Source: Neoechinorhynchus agilis
Taxonomy: Eukaryota > Animalia > Acanthocephala
Direction: 5' to 3'
DNA length: 64,000 bases
Assembly (NCBI GenBank): GCA_051530055.1
Contig: CM121341.1
Location: 16,408,784 to 16,472,783 of the forward strand
Shown: positions 47,650 through 60,699 of the stretch, in pieces
Position numbering within the stretch: the stretch's first letter is position 1
How the letters are laid out: the number at the start of each line of letters is the position of its first letter
Program-made: the position numbers and the translations under genes
The notes under the pieces: generated by a model
What the model was told of the DNA's origin: nothing
Seen by the model: only the letters and a program-made list of their open reading frames with translations
Database searches by the model: none

Positions 47650-50055
47650 AAGGAACGTAGATATAGAGAGGTGCGATGTCGAGGGAGAATGAAACGATTT
47701 ATAATTGCGAGTGTTGTGCTCGTGTGAAAAGGGAGCGATATGTGGTAGAAATTGTGGTGGTAGGGTTGATAGGCGTTTTGTTTGCTTTATGAAAATGGTA
47801 TAAAGGTATTCAACGAGAGGATTAAAGTCAGCTTTGCATATTTTAGATGCTCTTTTATGAAGCATTTCAAGACGACGTATTTGAGATTTGCATAAGTTGC
47901 AAAAGACGGGATAACCGCGAGGGAGGGTAAAATAAAGCTGTAGTAAAATTTGTAGAGATCGGTTGAAGGGATTTCTAAATGTCGGAGGCGTTTGAGGAGA
48001 TAAATTTTAAGGGTGTTGAGCTCGAGGGAGAGAGTGATGTGCGAGTCCCATTTCAAATTTGATTGAAATTGGATACCCAGAATTCTTAGAGAGGTTACTC
48101 GTAGGATGTCATTTAGAAGCTCAGGGGAGAATGTGGGGTTGCAGGAGAATGAGGAGATCATTTCGAAGAATTTAGAGAAATTCAGGTGGGGTTTGTGATT
48201 GGTGCAGAAATCTTTTATGTGTGTGATTTCGTTAGAGGTTAAGGAGAGGGAGAGGTGTGGTGGTGAATGGGTGAGATCGTCGGCGTATAAGAGGAGTTTA
48301 GAGTGAGAGGAAAGAGGTTTGAGGTGGTCTAGGAAAATGATAGAGAAGTGGTGACAACACAGCACTTCGAGGAACGCCTTTGGTGAGGGATAGGCTGGTA
48401 GAAGAAGTAGAACGGCAGCGAATGTATTGTTTGCTATTGTGAAGATAAGATTCGAGCCAGCGGATCTGCCACAAGTGGAGACCAAAATCATAGCACGCCC
48501 GGAGAAGGAGTGAGTGGTCCACTGAGTCGAAAGCTTCAGGTAAATCACGTTGAATGAGACGGGTGACGTGGGAGGGACTATTGTCGAGGTTGCGTAGAAG
48601 AATGTCATAAATGCAAAGTAGGGCATCTACTGCAGAAAATTTGGGTCGGAAGCCAAATTGTAGGGACGGTAACTTTTCGCGGAGAAGTGAAAGAAGGTGA
48701 GATTTAAAACATCTTTCGATGATTTTTGAAAGAGTGGGAAGAATGGAAATTGGACGGAATGATTCGGTGGAAATAGGATATCCTTTTTGAACAAGGATAA
48801 CTTTAGCAGTTGTGGGTCGATGAGTTCGGAGATGATGTAGTGAAGAGCACAGTGTGGGATTTCGGATTGAGAGGACGAATTTCGAGGTATTTCCTTGAGA
48901 TGCTGCAGTACTTCGTATGACGAAACTAAAGGAAATATCGGCGAATTGACAAAAGTTTCAGGTGCGGGCGTGAAAGATTGTGGTGTGTCTATTGTGAAGC
49001 AGTGATTGTAAATTGAGTCAGGGCAGGGTTCTGATAAATGGAATCTAGAACCTGTTTAAATTCGGTGGAAGTCAAATTAGGGAAGGGATCCGGGTGGTGT
49101 AGACCAAGAGAGTCCGTGACGGCCAGCCACCATGTGAATTGCTACCCGAACGAATTTTAGAGGAACGAAAGATTTTGCGGACGATAAGCATTTTGTTAGA
49201 GCTATTTGTGAACGTGGAAAGTCTGGGTGGTTATTGCGGTGGGCCTCAGAAGATTGCTTTTGAAGAAGTTTGTCCAGGGGGTTGCGGTTGGGGATCCTAA
49301 TTAATTTCTTGGGAATTGCCGAAGCTTGGGATTTTTCTATGACTGAGGTTAGGGAGGACATGACCAATGTAGGGCCATTTGTGTTGTCAGCGTGGTATGC
49401 ACGAATATTAGAGTTCAACAATTTTATAAAATTGTGGATGTGATGATACTTTTATCCCAGACGGGTAAACAGGGACATTTTATACGCTGATCTGGGATGG
49501 AATGAGTAATGATGGAGGGGTAATAAGGGCAGAAGAGTGGTCAGAGTTCGCGGAGGGAGTTTAGAGGCGGATGAGTAGGCGTCGATATTTGTGAACACTT
49601 TGTCAATGTGAGCGTCAAGACGAATTGGGAAGTCAATAAGTTGACGCAACTCGGAAAAAGGGTAGAAGATGAAATATATTATTGAAGTCCCATGCAATTA
49701 AGAAATGGTGCGAAATTGGGGAGTTTATGAACTCCATCATAGATTCAATTTGGAACAGGGAGGACTCAGGTTGAGAATGCGGAGGACGATAGACGCCAGC
49801 AATGGTGAATTCTCTAAGGCCATTTCTTAGAGGAGCTGAGAATTGGTCTGCGATGAATTCTAAATCGGGGTTTTGAGAAGAGCTTGTAGGAGATAAAGAG
49901 TAAGGTAATGATTACCGTACGTAAATTGAGACCCCCCTCCTGGGCGGTCACCGCGGTGTGTATGGAAGGAAGAGTACCCGGGAAGGATGGCTGAATCGCT
50001 GTTAAACAGGGTAAGCCACTTTTCTGTTAAGATGACGCCGTGGGACAGTGAATAG
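47650..50055 (-). mobile_element. Decayed L2/CR1-like non-LTR retrotransposon (APE and RT remnants)
   Basis: DHSLLL..WLESYL..LTKGVPRSAVLSPLL, LLYADDLT and RILGIQFQSNLKWDSHI; APE remnant ILTEKWL..LPGYSSFHTHRGDRPGGG near 49950-50035. Confidence 0.85.
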
Positions 50056-52012
50056 TGTGACCGAGTCGCTAGTAGACATGTTCTATATTCTACACAAAAC
50101 CGAACACACACACCTACACATATACGCGCATGCAGTTACTACTGTTTATCACCCGATCGATGGCATGATGGCATCATGCCCACTATAACATTTCGCCTTT
50201 TTTCTTCCTCAATAGCCATCGTATGGCAGTTTGGGCTTCCTCCGAATCCTTTGACTCCTGCGCGGCATAATCTTGATTTCTTCGACTGGTTCTTTCACTG
50301 ACTGTTGTGGATTTTCTTCATCGTTTTCTACTTCTAAATCCACCATCTTTTTAATAAGCCTTTTCTCCCCGGCATCTTCGTTTCCCTTTTTCTCCACATC
50401 TATACTCTCATTGGTCGTTATATCCTCAACTTCTCTATGCCTGATGTAATCCGCATGACAGCGTCGCTCTTGGCCATTCTCTTCTTCGAGCTGGTACGAA
50501 ACAGGTCCTTGAACTTTCGTGATGCAGCCGCTTCTCCATTTATCTTTTCGCTCATGCTTAAACCATACCGGCTCCTCATGTTTTAACGTGACCAACCTAT
50601 TTCCCACTGCCGATTTCTCCTCTCTGGCTCGAATTTTCTCTTCGACTCTTGCTTGTGTGCTTGGTTTCATATTGTCAAATATCGTCCGTAAGCGTCGACC
50701 AAACATTAGCTCCGCCGGTGTAATTCCCGTCGTTGTGTGAGGAGTGTTCCTATACGTGTACAAGAATTGGTCCACGTTTTCCATCTTTATTCCTTTTCCG
50801 GATATCCATGTTCGTCGTTTCAGCGTTCTTATGAACCTCTCGGCTAAGCCGTTAGTTCTAGGATGATATGGACTAGCTTTTATATGTTTGATTTAAAATT
50901 CGCTGCAAAACCTTGAAAACTCATTCGAAATAAACTGTGGCCCATTGTCTGACACAATTGATTTCGGTGCCCCGAATCTGCAGAAACACCTCCTTAGACA
51001 TCGTATGACTTGCGTGGTCGTCGAATTTCGACCTAGCAACCATACCTCTGGCCATTTTATGTTCGTATCGACCAGAATTAGGTATGTATCGCCATTTACT
51101 GGCCCCGACAAGTCAAAGTGTACTCTTTCCCATGGTTCTGCAGGCCAATACCAACTTAATAAAGGTACTTCCCTTTTGTTTTGCCTATTTGTTTGGCACA
51201 GTTCACACATCGCGATCATTTGTCTGATCTCTTCCTCCATCTTAGGCCAAAACACATAATACCGACTCATTGCAATCATTGCATCCCTTCCGGCGTGTCC
51301 TGCATGTAGGCGATCCAATACGCACCTTCTCAAATAACCAAGTCTTTGATTCTATCATCCACGGCTTTCAACTCATCATCAATCTCTTTTGAGAAAAAGT
51401 TGCATCCTCTTGCAGCTCCTCGCAAATCAGCCACCCATTGTGCATGTGTTTCGCCTTCTTGTTTATTTTTCGAATTGAAAATGTACCTGGCCAATATTTC
51501 CGGCACCTCAGCTTTGTAATATTCTTCCACTAGCCGGATAATATCCTTATATGCGAACTTCGCTATCTCCTGTGCTGCCGTCAATTTTTAAATCAGCTTG
51601 TATGTTTCGGCACCGACCCATGCAAGCATATTTGCCTTTTTGGTTCCATCTTCGATCACTCCATTAGCTTCCATATACTGGTTCATTTGTTCAACATATT
51701 CTGCCCAATCCTCTTGCTCCGGCTCGTATCGTCTGAATGCATTTATCCCTCTCCTCTGTCCATGTGCATCCAATTCGCCTTTTCCGTGCATTGATTTCAT
51801 GAGCTCCATCATTGCTGCGTTCTGCTGCTCTTGCTGCTTCTGTTGCTGCTGCATCCACTCCCTCATCATGTTCGCTCGATCCATTATGATCTGCTGCAAC
51901 ATTTGAGCACCCTCGTCGCCAAATGTGACCGAGTCGCTAGTAGACATGTTCTATATTCTACACAAAACCGAACACCGATCGATGGCATGACGACATCATG
52001 CCCACTATAACA
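50056..52012 (-). mobile_element. Ty3/gypsy (Mag-like) LTR retrotransposon, internally deleted (gag remnant joined to integrase; no PR/RT/RH)
   Basis: TG..CA LTRs at 51924-52012 (89 bp) and 50056-50190 (135 bp). PBS TGGCGACGAGG at 51921-51911. Purine tract GAGGAAGAAAAAAGGCGAAA next to the 3' LTR. Gag DWAEYVEQMNQYMEAN; integrase LHAGHAG..WPKM..CELCQ, IVSDNGPQF, YRNTPHTTTG.TPAELMFGR. Confidence 0.93.
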
Positions 52013-52670
52013 GTGAGCGTCAACACGAGTTGGAAAGTCAATAAGTTGACGCAACTCGGAGAAGGGTCGAAGAGGAAATAGTTTATTGAAGTCTCCAGCA
52101 ATTGAGAAATGGTGTGAATTTGTTTAGTTTATGAGCTCCATCATAGAGTCAATTTGGAGCAAAGAGGACAAAGACGAGAGACAAGAGGGTGATAGACGCC
52201 AGCAATGGTGAATTCTCTAATGCCATTTCTCTGTGATGAGTTCTAGATCGTGGTTTTGTAAAGAGGTCATGAGAGATAAAAAGTATGGTAGCGATTGTCG
52301 TAAGCCCTCCTGGACGGTCCTCGCGGTATGTATGGAAGGAAGAGTACCCCTGAAGGATATCTGAATCGCTGTTGAAGGGGGTAAGCCACATTTCTGTTAA
52401 GATGACTACGTCGGCTTTTGAGGTAGATGAAATCAGTGAAATTTCATCTAGTTTATGAAAGAGGCTACGAGTATCGGAGTAGAATACGGCGGGGAAGGGA
52501 ATTTGGATTTCGGAAAACCGGGGGTGGAAATGAGGGAGATTTGGGTTGCGTTGCTTGTTGCGGGTGGAGGATTAAGGGAGGAATCGTTACAAGATGCTGA
52601 TATAGAACGATTGATTAACAAAAAAGAGAGAAGTCCGGGGGCGAATCGAAAATTTGAGTTGAAATGAGTT
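52013..52670 (-). mobile_element. Second L2/CR1-like APE segment (paralogous to 49608-50040)
   Basis: KLDEISLISSTSKADVVILTEMWL..LQGYSSFHTYREDRPGG; nucleotide similarity to the left flank of the LTR element. Confidence 0.8.
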
Positions 52671-53229
52671 GAAGAAATGAGCTTGGTGTTGAGTTTTTGT
52701 ATAGATCAGCTACATAACTTTAGCTTTTTTCTTTGAGTGAATATCATGAAACTTCAAACTTTATTGTTCTTCTTTAAAAAAATGTCAATTATGTTCTATG
52801 TTTTGGACCGATCAAAAGCTCCTTTGTCTAAGTACCCACAGAAATCGCTTTAATTTCTTTATGAAGAGACTTTTTATGCTTTAGAAAATTCAAATTTTTT
52901 TATGAGCGTGTTAGTGGAATAGAAGGATATAGATTATCTGAGGATCTTATAGCTCAATTATTATAAGACGAAATAAAGTTTTTCAATAAACAAGAAAAGT
53001 TCATCGGTATTAGAAACATTAAAATGTAAAAAGCAACTAAACAAAGATGCTGTTTTTGAGTAGTAGAGCGATAATTATTTACTTGATTTGGGAAAAAGAG
53101 TGTTTAATGTAGAAGAGCTGGGAGATTGACCTTTGTGATTTTACGGGCGCCGGTGGAGTTGCACGTAACCAAAGAAGCTGGGAAGTCGCTTACTCTTTGA
53201 TTTTTTGGGATGGGGGAGATGTTCGTGGG

Positions 53230-53575
53230 TTCCCCCGATTGAAATCAAAGACACAATTCCGTACTCTCTCGAAATCCCTGGAGGTGCCGCCAGTGCAGCG
53301 GAAGGGAGGAAGGTACGAAAATATAGGGATTTAGAGAGGCCCAACTATTTTGTCCCCTTCGGAGTAAAGACGTATGGAGCGCTTGGCAGCTCGGCACTCA
53401 CTCTGCTCAAGGATCTCCCGAAGAAATTGAAAGAAACGACCGGCAACACACGAGCAGGTCTATTCCTGCGACAAAATATCTCGCTCCCAGTACAACGAGG
53501 CAATGCTGCTAGCGTGATAGCGACAGCCGAGGAAGGAGAGAAGCTCCAATTTTGCAGACAGTGGTGGTTGTATCA
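53230..53575 (+). mobile_element. CRE-clade 3' fragment, same subfamily as the 10865 element
   Basis: IPYSLEIPGGAASAAEGRKVRKY..FVPFGVKTYGALGSSAL..FLRQNISLPVQRGNAASV. Followed by an L2-like RT remnant (LSLNLSKT..RVLG) at ~53660-53880. Confidence 0.85.
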
Positions 53576-54099
53576 GATCTTAACCCCGTCACCCCGTTCA
53601 GAGTTGTTTAAAAGAAAACCGGATCTTCTTCGGAAAAAAAATAAACAATGCATAAGCTGCCTCAATAATTGCTTGCCACGAATGAATCTCTCCCTCAACC
53701 TTTCCAAAACCTTGTGCATTTTTAAAACTAGGTCCTGCCGTGTCCGCAGGGATCTAAAAATATTTTTTAACAATTTAGTTGACCCCCACAATATTGCGAG
53801 CTCTTACGCCAGCACTCCATTAAAAATGCGAGTGCTTGGTCACATGTTCACTGTCAACCTTGCAATAGGAATCCTTTGGTGATTGAAATTTTTTTAAGCT
53901 TTTAGCTAAACCACCCACTATTATTTTTTCATTGCCATGAAAAATGACTTCTACAGTTTCACCTTTTAAATGCGAATTTGCTTTGGTAAATATTTCGCTC
54001 TGCCAAGGTCTTTGCGAATCGACAACATCAATGGGGACTCGCTAGTTTCAGGATATTTCTAGCTTTTTGTCTTAAATCAATCGCTCCTGTCGACCTTAG

Positions 54100-54674
54100 C
54101 ACTCAAATTCGCGATGTCGGTGGATACTTCGGGTGGACACGGTCACGTCTGTCGCCAGTCCGGTGGCGGGTATGCTCGCCACGCCGAAATTAACTCGGTG
54201 ATTATTCGAGCCCTCAATACGACACACGCACCGAATCTGCTCGAACCGAGTCACCTCTGCAGACTCGACGGTCGAAGACCGGATGGGGAAACTGTGTTCC
54301 CGTGGCGAGAAGGGAAATCCCTTCTCTGGGACGCTACTTGTGTGGACACCCTTACTCTGTCCAATCTAAGACATTCCTCAAGGCGCGAAGGAGGTGCTGC
54401 AATTGCCGCAGAGGAACTTAAGCGCGGGAAGTACGCGGAGCTCTTGAGGGCACATCACTTCGTCCCTTTCGGCGTTGAGACGCTCGGTGCCTTCGGTGCT
54501 GAGGCCAAGAACTTTGCGGCGGATCTTTCAAGGAAGATGAGGATCGCAACCGGAGAACCAAGAGCAGGAACGTTCTTCCTGCAAAGCATAGGTCACGCGA
54601 TTCAGCGCGGCAACGCTGCAAGTGTCCTTGCGACGGTGCCGAGTGGTAAAGAGATGGATCTGGGAAGTTTGTGA
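54100..54674 (+). mobile_element. CRE-clade 3' fragment (different subfamily, open frame)
   Basis: GHGHVC..RHAEIN..LEPSHLCRLDGRRPDG..WDATCVDTL..KRGKY..FVPFGVETLG..IQRGNAASVL. Confidence 0.88.
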
Positions 54675-54999
54675 AATATACATCTTTGCTTGAAAATTTT
54701 TTTTGGTAATGGATTGAAATCCCGAAAAGAAATTTTAGAGGTTGCGTCTAATGGGCCTAACAAAGTTCAGAAAAAATTCGCAAGCGTGACTACGAGGGCG
54801 AATGAATAACGCTGGAAAATTTATGGCGCGATTTTACATTTTTACAACTTCCAACTTTTTTGTAAAGTTACTTAAAATCAGTTCTATGATTCTTCATTTT
54901 CATGTCGTTATTTATTTCATGCTAAAATTAGAGCAGGGAACAATTCCATATTTTTGATAACCCAGTAACACAGTTCGGCCTTTTCTTTCCAAATCGAGA

Positions 55000-57900
55000 A
55001 GGTTGTGTCAGTGGCTGGTAAAATGAGTTCGCCGTTTAAATCAACCGATTTATTCTGAACGGAATAAATCGTTAATTTTCTCGGACAATACCATTCTTTA
55101 AAAAGGACGGTTGATATTTCGATTATTTTTATTAGCATTTCTCCTAATGCTAATAACAGTTTTTGTGTGGCCACATTAAACAAGTAAAACTCTCTCGAAA
55201 AAGTGTTGACAGCGTTACTTGGATTCGGATTCGCGATTGCGATCAAAACTTAGTAAAACGAAAAGGTTCAGTGCTGCTACTTCACTGAAGCAAACGTTCT
55301 CCATGGAAGCGTCGCGAGAGCTCCTTGAATTCGCATTCGCAATTGAAACTTTGCAAAAGTTCTTGTACGTTTTAGTGCCAAATGTAAAATTCGAAATCTA
55401 TTCGACTTCAAAAAACCAATATCACATTTTCAGATTTTCTTTTATTTTTAAGTGCCCTCTGAAGCGTCAAATTAAACGCTTAAATCGTCATCGGGCGTTG
55501 GCTTGAAGCCGAAACTTACTGTTATAGTAGTGAGAAATAATAAAGTTATGTAGCTTTTTCGCAATGAAAGTTCGTTAGCGAAAACAATGCTCTTTGCAGA
55601 ATATTCACGAAATGATCTCTCCCCTAAGAACCAGAGGAAAACCTCCTAAGTTATGACGCTCAATCGAAAATATTTCCTAGCGTTAGGGAAAACATTTTTC
55701 ACGTAAATACCCACTCGCAAAGTTTTTGCATCGTTTGTTTTTCAAATTCATTAATTACATTATTTGCGAAATTTCAATGAACTAAAAAACATAATTTGTA
55801 AACAATAAAACTCAAAAATTGATAATACCTTAAATTAAAAACGATGGAAGTAAAAAGTAAGGCAGGAATTAAAAGCGATTAAATTTATTAATTTTCTTGT
55901 AAAAGATTAATAGACTGAGTAAAGAATGCTTTTGTACCACTAAATAGTTTTAGATTCAAAGTTTATATTTTTTAGAACTGCGTTAAATTATACTTTAACG
56001 CTTATAAGTATCGAACTTGATTGAATTACACAGATAAACGAGCTACTTCTCTGTTTTTCGTTTAATCGCATAGTTAACTTCAGCGAAGAATTGTTTGATA
56101 TTGAGCCTTAGGGATAGAAAATTTGATCGAAATAACATCATCCTTAACAGTTGTAATTTTTGTTTTCTTAGAAATCTTCCAATTTTGCTTCTGCTAATGT
56201 TACAGTCTTTATTGCTGTCAACGGAACAAGACATTCTTGGGACAAATTTTCGATATGAGTTGTTATATTCTGCTCGTTAAACAACATTGTCCACTTGGCG
56301 TGCCTCGTCGGAAGTCGGATCATTGGAATCATCTTTCTTGGTTTCCGTTTCACCACCTTCAGTTGTCGTACAAGATGACAAATTTAAAGCACTGCTCCCG
56401 TCCTCTTCATTTGCGCTTTTAAAACGATGTGTTAACCATTCAATAAATGAATTCAAACGTGAAAATCTAACCTATCTTCAGAATCGGTGTCTTGTCAGTC
56501 CGAAAAATGCCTCACGTCCAATTTTGCGTTATCGCTCGATCAGACTGCACTTTCTCGCATCTTAAAGTTCTTCGAATGCGTGCTTGATGGGCGGATAAGA
56601 AATGTGGTGGATTGTAGCATCGATCAGATTGGTTATCTTAAAGAATATGGAACCACTGACACTGCTTGCCTAAATTTCGGCGAAGGAAAATATGAACCAT
56701 CAAGATCGTCTAAATATTGAGAAGATACAAGCTTTCTACAATTTAAGTAGTGAATTCCTTAAAACCCAATGGAATACAACTAACGTCGAAAAATATTGAC
56801 GCACCACTATTTCGTCAAGATCGAATATTTTGTCAAAACATTTCTTGACTTCATTCGCAAATCAAAATTCGATGCATCTTCAACTTAATCGCCAGTGGGC
56901 GCCTCGATTGCTTCAAAATGCCATTGTATTCTCGGATTCGTCGAGTTTTATGTACGGCTATTGCATTGCAGCCCTTATTCCAATTTTACAAACGATCTCG
57001 TTTTCAATCGGGTCAATAACCGCGGATCTTTTAGTAAGGTAAAAATGGTTATTGGAAACGATATATTCGTTGCTGATAACTTCATTTCTACGATTACGTT
57101 TCAACGTTAGCCCAATCAAGACCTTCCACTTTTGCTCCCGTACCTCGATTTTCCAGTAAAAAGCACACACCCCTATCATCCTTCAACGACTACATTAAGC
57201 ATCTCTCGCCTCGTAAATTAACTCCTCCTAAACCCCTCTTATCCTTGCTTCCACTCATCTCTCATCTGCCTAAAACCACTAATCCTCACCCTACCAAATC
57301 TGGAAATTTTCGCTTCGCCCCTCAAAAGCGAAAAATACCTTGGACGCTCAAACTACCTCACCTCTTACCACCACCTCTTCAACTCCCAATATCCTCTTGC
57401 CCCCCCGACTTCATCCCGCATACGCAGTTCCCACCCACACTCAAATCACCCTTACTACAGTGTCCACCCATGAATCCCTTACCCCCGAACTACCCCATCA
57501 GTCAACTCCCATCCCTTCTCTCTCTGCACAGCTTCAACCCTCTCCGTCAGTGTCCACCCCTCATGTCCCTTCTAAACATCCCTTTCCAATAATCTTTTAT
57601 TCTAACATCCGCAGCCTCCCCCCCAAACTGGATGAGCTCCGTATAGTTGCCTCTTCTTGCAACGCCGACATCCTTGTAATTACGGAAACATGGCTCTCAC
57701 CCCATAGCAAATTATCTGCCTTCCTTCCAAACTTCAAAGCTTTTCACCTCACAGGGGACTTCCGAAACGGGGGAGGCATATCGGTCTTCATCCGCGCCTC
57801 TCTCCCTTACCATTGCTCTTCACCCTACCTTTTCATCTCCGACGATCTTGAATGGCTTCACATCCAACTTCATCTCCCCCTCCGTAATGGCGAACGTGAG

Positions 57901-60670
57901 ATCTCTATCGCTGGCCTGTATCGCCCTCCTTCCTCAAACATCCCCAACACACTTCAACAACTAGATCACCTATTCACTGTCCAACTTTCCACCTCCTCAG
58001 ATCACTTCATCATATTGGGCGATTTTAACAAACTGCCGATCCCGCCCTCGCTCTCTCATCTCTCCAACCTCCTCCCGCCTTGATAAAATTTTCTCAAACA
58101 TCAGACAGTATTCGTGCACTACTAAACTTCCCCCGATCGCCTCGTCTGACCATTGTTCTATCCTTCTCACCCCCACATCACCTCAAAAACGTTCCTTTTC
58201 CGACCCCTACGTTGTCTGGGATAAACGTGATCATCATACCCAATCCTTTGCTGCATATGTCAATTCTCTTATAACGCAACACGCTCTACCATCTTTTGCA
58301 CCGACCGCTCGATTGCAATGGGCTCTTTGTTAAATCTAATAGAATCTGCGATGAAGGCCTCCTTTCCGCGCAAAACATTACGAATCTCGAACTGCGGCCC
58401 TCCATGGTTCACACCTTTTCTAAAAACCCTTTAAATGCAGGTCACCAAAGCTTTTCGGTAAGGTAATCTTGCTTACCCCTCGATCCACTCCACACTGACA
58501 AAACGCATCCGTAGAACTCGCAAATTACCCCCTCCACAATTTTCTCCCTTCATCTCTAAATACTCTTCCTTCGTAAACACCCGTAACCCCAACCGTTTTC
58601 ATCCCCCTCTCACTTGTACCACCCTCTACCAAAAATCTTTCTTCCCCCAAGCCCAATCTTTCCTTAATAACCGGAGAACAAGGAATGACTCCTAATCCGT
58701 CATCTCCTTTACAAAACCTCCGATAGAACATCCGTCATCCAGACACCTTTCAGCAAAGATAGATACTGGCAAGTGCGTGGATCGTGCATTTTGTTATTTA
58801 AATAAAACGTTTTTATTTATTATATAGAAGGTAAAAATTGTTATTGGAAACGGTATATCCGTTGCTGATAACTTTATTGGAGCTTTAGTAACTGCACTTA
58901 GAATAAAAAGCGCATGATATTTCTCAACTATGTTAATACTTCACTGTACTCCGCTCTCGCTCTTCTCTCAACCTGCCATCAAGGATTAATCTCTTTTAAT
59001 TTGCCACGTTTATTTCATTGCTACGCCAATATTCATACCTGTTGTTTTGCTTAAAAAATTGATCAAATAGTAAAGAATTAGTTGATCAAGTCGCTCAACT
59101 TGAATATTCTGTACTCTTGTTTTATAATGATGTATTTTGCTTGTAATTTTCTGCAACTCTTGTGACCGTATTCTTATCCGCTTTTATCCTCAATAAATAA
59201 AAAACTAAAGGATTAATCCGCTAAATATTTCTAGTTTTATTTTGATTTGGAGCGATGACATACTGATTGAAAATGTCTTTTACATGGAAAACGTACACTT
59301 ACAAAAAAAAATTAGCCTTGTGATTTACCGACACGTTCAAGTGCGGTTTTAACACTTTAACAGTAAGCCTCGGCCTCTCGCCACTGCCCAATGAAGACTC
59401 AAAGTGCTGTCTAGCATAACAGAGGGCGTTAAAGAAAATAAAGAAAATGGGAAAGGTCGATGAAGTTCTTGTGGGCAATGTTTTACCAGGTCAGAAATTA
59501 TTGCGATGTGAAATCGAACTCGTTCAAGTCGGCATTCCCGCACTCTTGCGATCGTTATAAAGGAATATTTAGCATTTGGAATCGATTCAAGAGTTCGTTT
59601 ATAGAATCTCGTTTGCTTATTCAATGGGTGGATTGAAAGCTGTTATTTGTGTTTGTAGACTCTTAGTATTTTAAAATTATTGAAATAATTAGCTCATGAA
59701 ATTCCTGGACAGACGATGCTTAAAATCGTTCTAAATTTTATTTTGGGAGCGCCAATGATAAGATCAAAGGTCCGAAAAGATTCTGCTCCAATTTTTACAG
59801 CCGTTAGTAACTCATCTTCACTATTGAACGTTCTTTCTCTGTCGCAAGGACGCCATTGTCATAGAGGAAACAAATGATCAACGCCCAATTCTTGGTATCC
59901 GATATCCAATGAAAAAGGGGTCGTTAAAAATTGGAAGGATATTGTTTCTACTTATGAAAACTTTTTTCTAAAAATTATTTGGACATTGATCCTCGGACGA
60001 GCAAAATTATATTGACCGGACGCTTTTTAATCTCCTAAAGTACTAATTGTGCTGAAATCTGAACAATGCTTAAAAGCTTCCGAATTCCATTAGCAAAAAC
60101 CGGGAGAAAAATGTAGGAATTGTTGATTGAGCACTTTCAATTTAGAGGCTTCTATATAGAATTTCAAGCTACTCTCACATTATTTGACCAGGGAATATCT
60201 ACGGAAATCGTCGCTCACTCACGTCTGTCCAGTTTTTGAAAACGTTTGTCCGAATCATTTCGTTAAAAGACCTGATATCGCCGATGTGGACATTACGGTT
60301 TATCTTACAAAGGTTCGCGTTTTCATCGCGATGAAATTAAGATTTGATTCCTTTTCTGTTTAGCTCCATCGATCGCGAGGTTACTCGTTAAATCCTTCAG
60401 CTGATTTTGAAACAACTCCAAGGAGTAAGTCGACGAAATGTCGGTCTTCATAAGATCTGGGCGGGTTGGAAGGAATGCCTTGTACTTCCATTTCAATTAA
60501 ATCTGTATCTTAGCTTTATAGCGGACGAGATATCAGATTTTCCTATGAACATTTTAAAAGTAGACAAAAGTTGCTTATCAGCGATTAGCCATGTTTATGC
60601 GTTTCTCTCCTCGAGCATTTTAAATCGATTTTTGAGGCGAAGTTGAGGATGCCCATCGGTGATAATATCT
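55000..60670 (+). repeat. Gene-fragment mosaic repeat, copy 2 (longest; interrupted by an L2-like insertion)
   Basis: Collinear with 37950-41170. Contains an RTE RT remnant (YRSIRL..KFFECVLDGRIR..DQIGYLKEYGTTD, ~56510-56670), the GLUT fragment (56680-57087 and 58828-59020) and the Arp2 fragment (59695-60100). Confidence 0.85.
57088..58827 (+). mobile_element. L2/CR1-like element, internally deleted (APE plus C-terminal tail, RT core missing)
   Basis: IIFYSNIRSLPPKLDEL..ADILVITETWL..RNGGGI..GLYRPP..IILGDFN; C-terminal NTRNPNRF..TLYQKSFFP; AT-rich 3' tail with AATAAA near 58800. Confidence 0.85.
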
Positions 60671-60699
60671 TTGGCATAGAATTTACGTTACGAATTATT

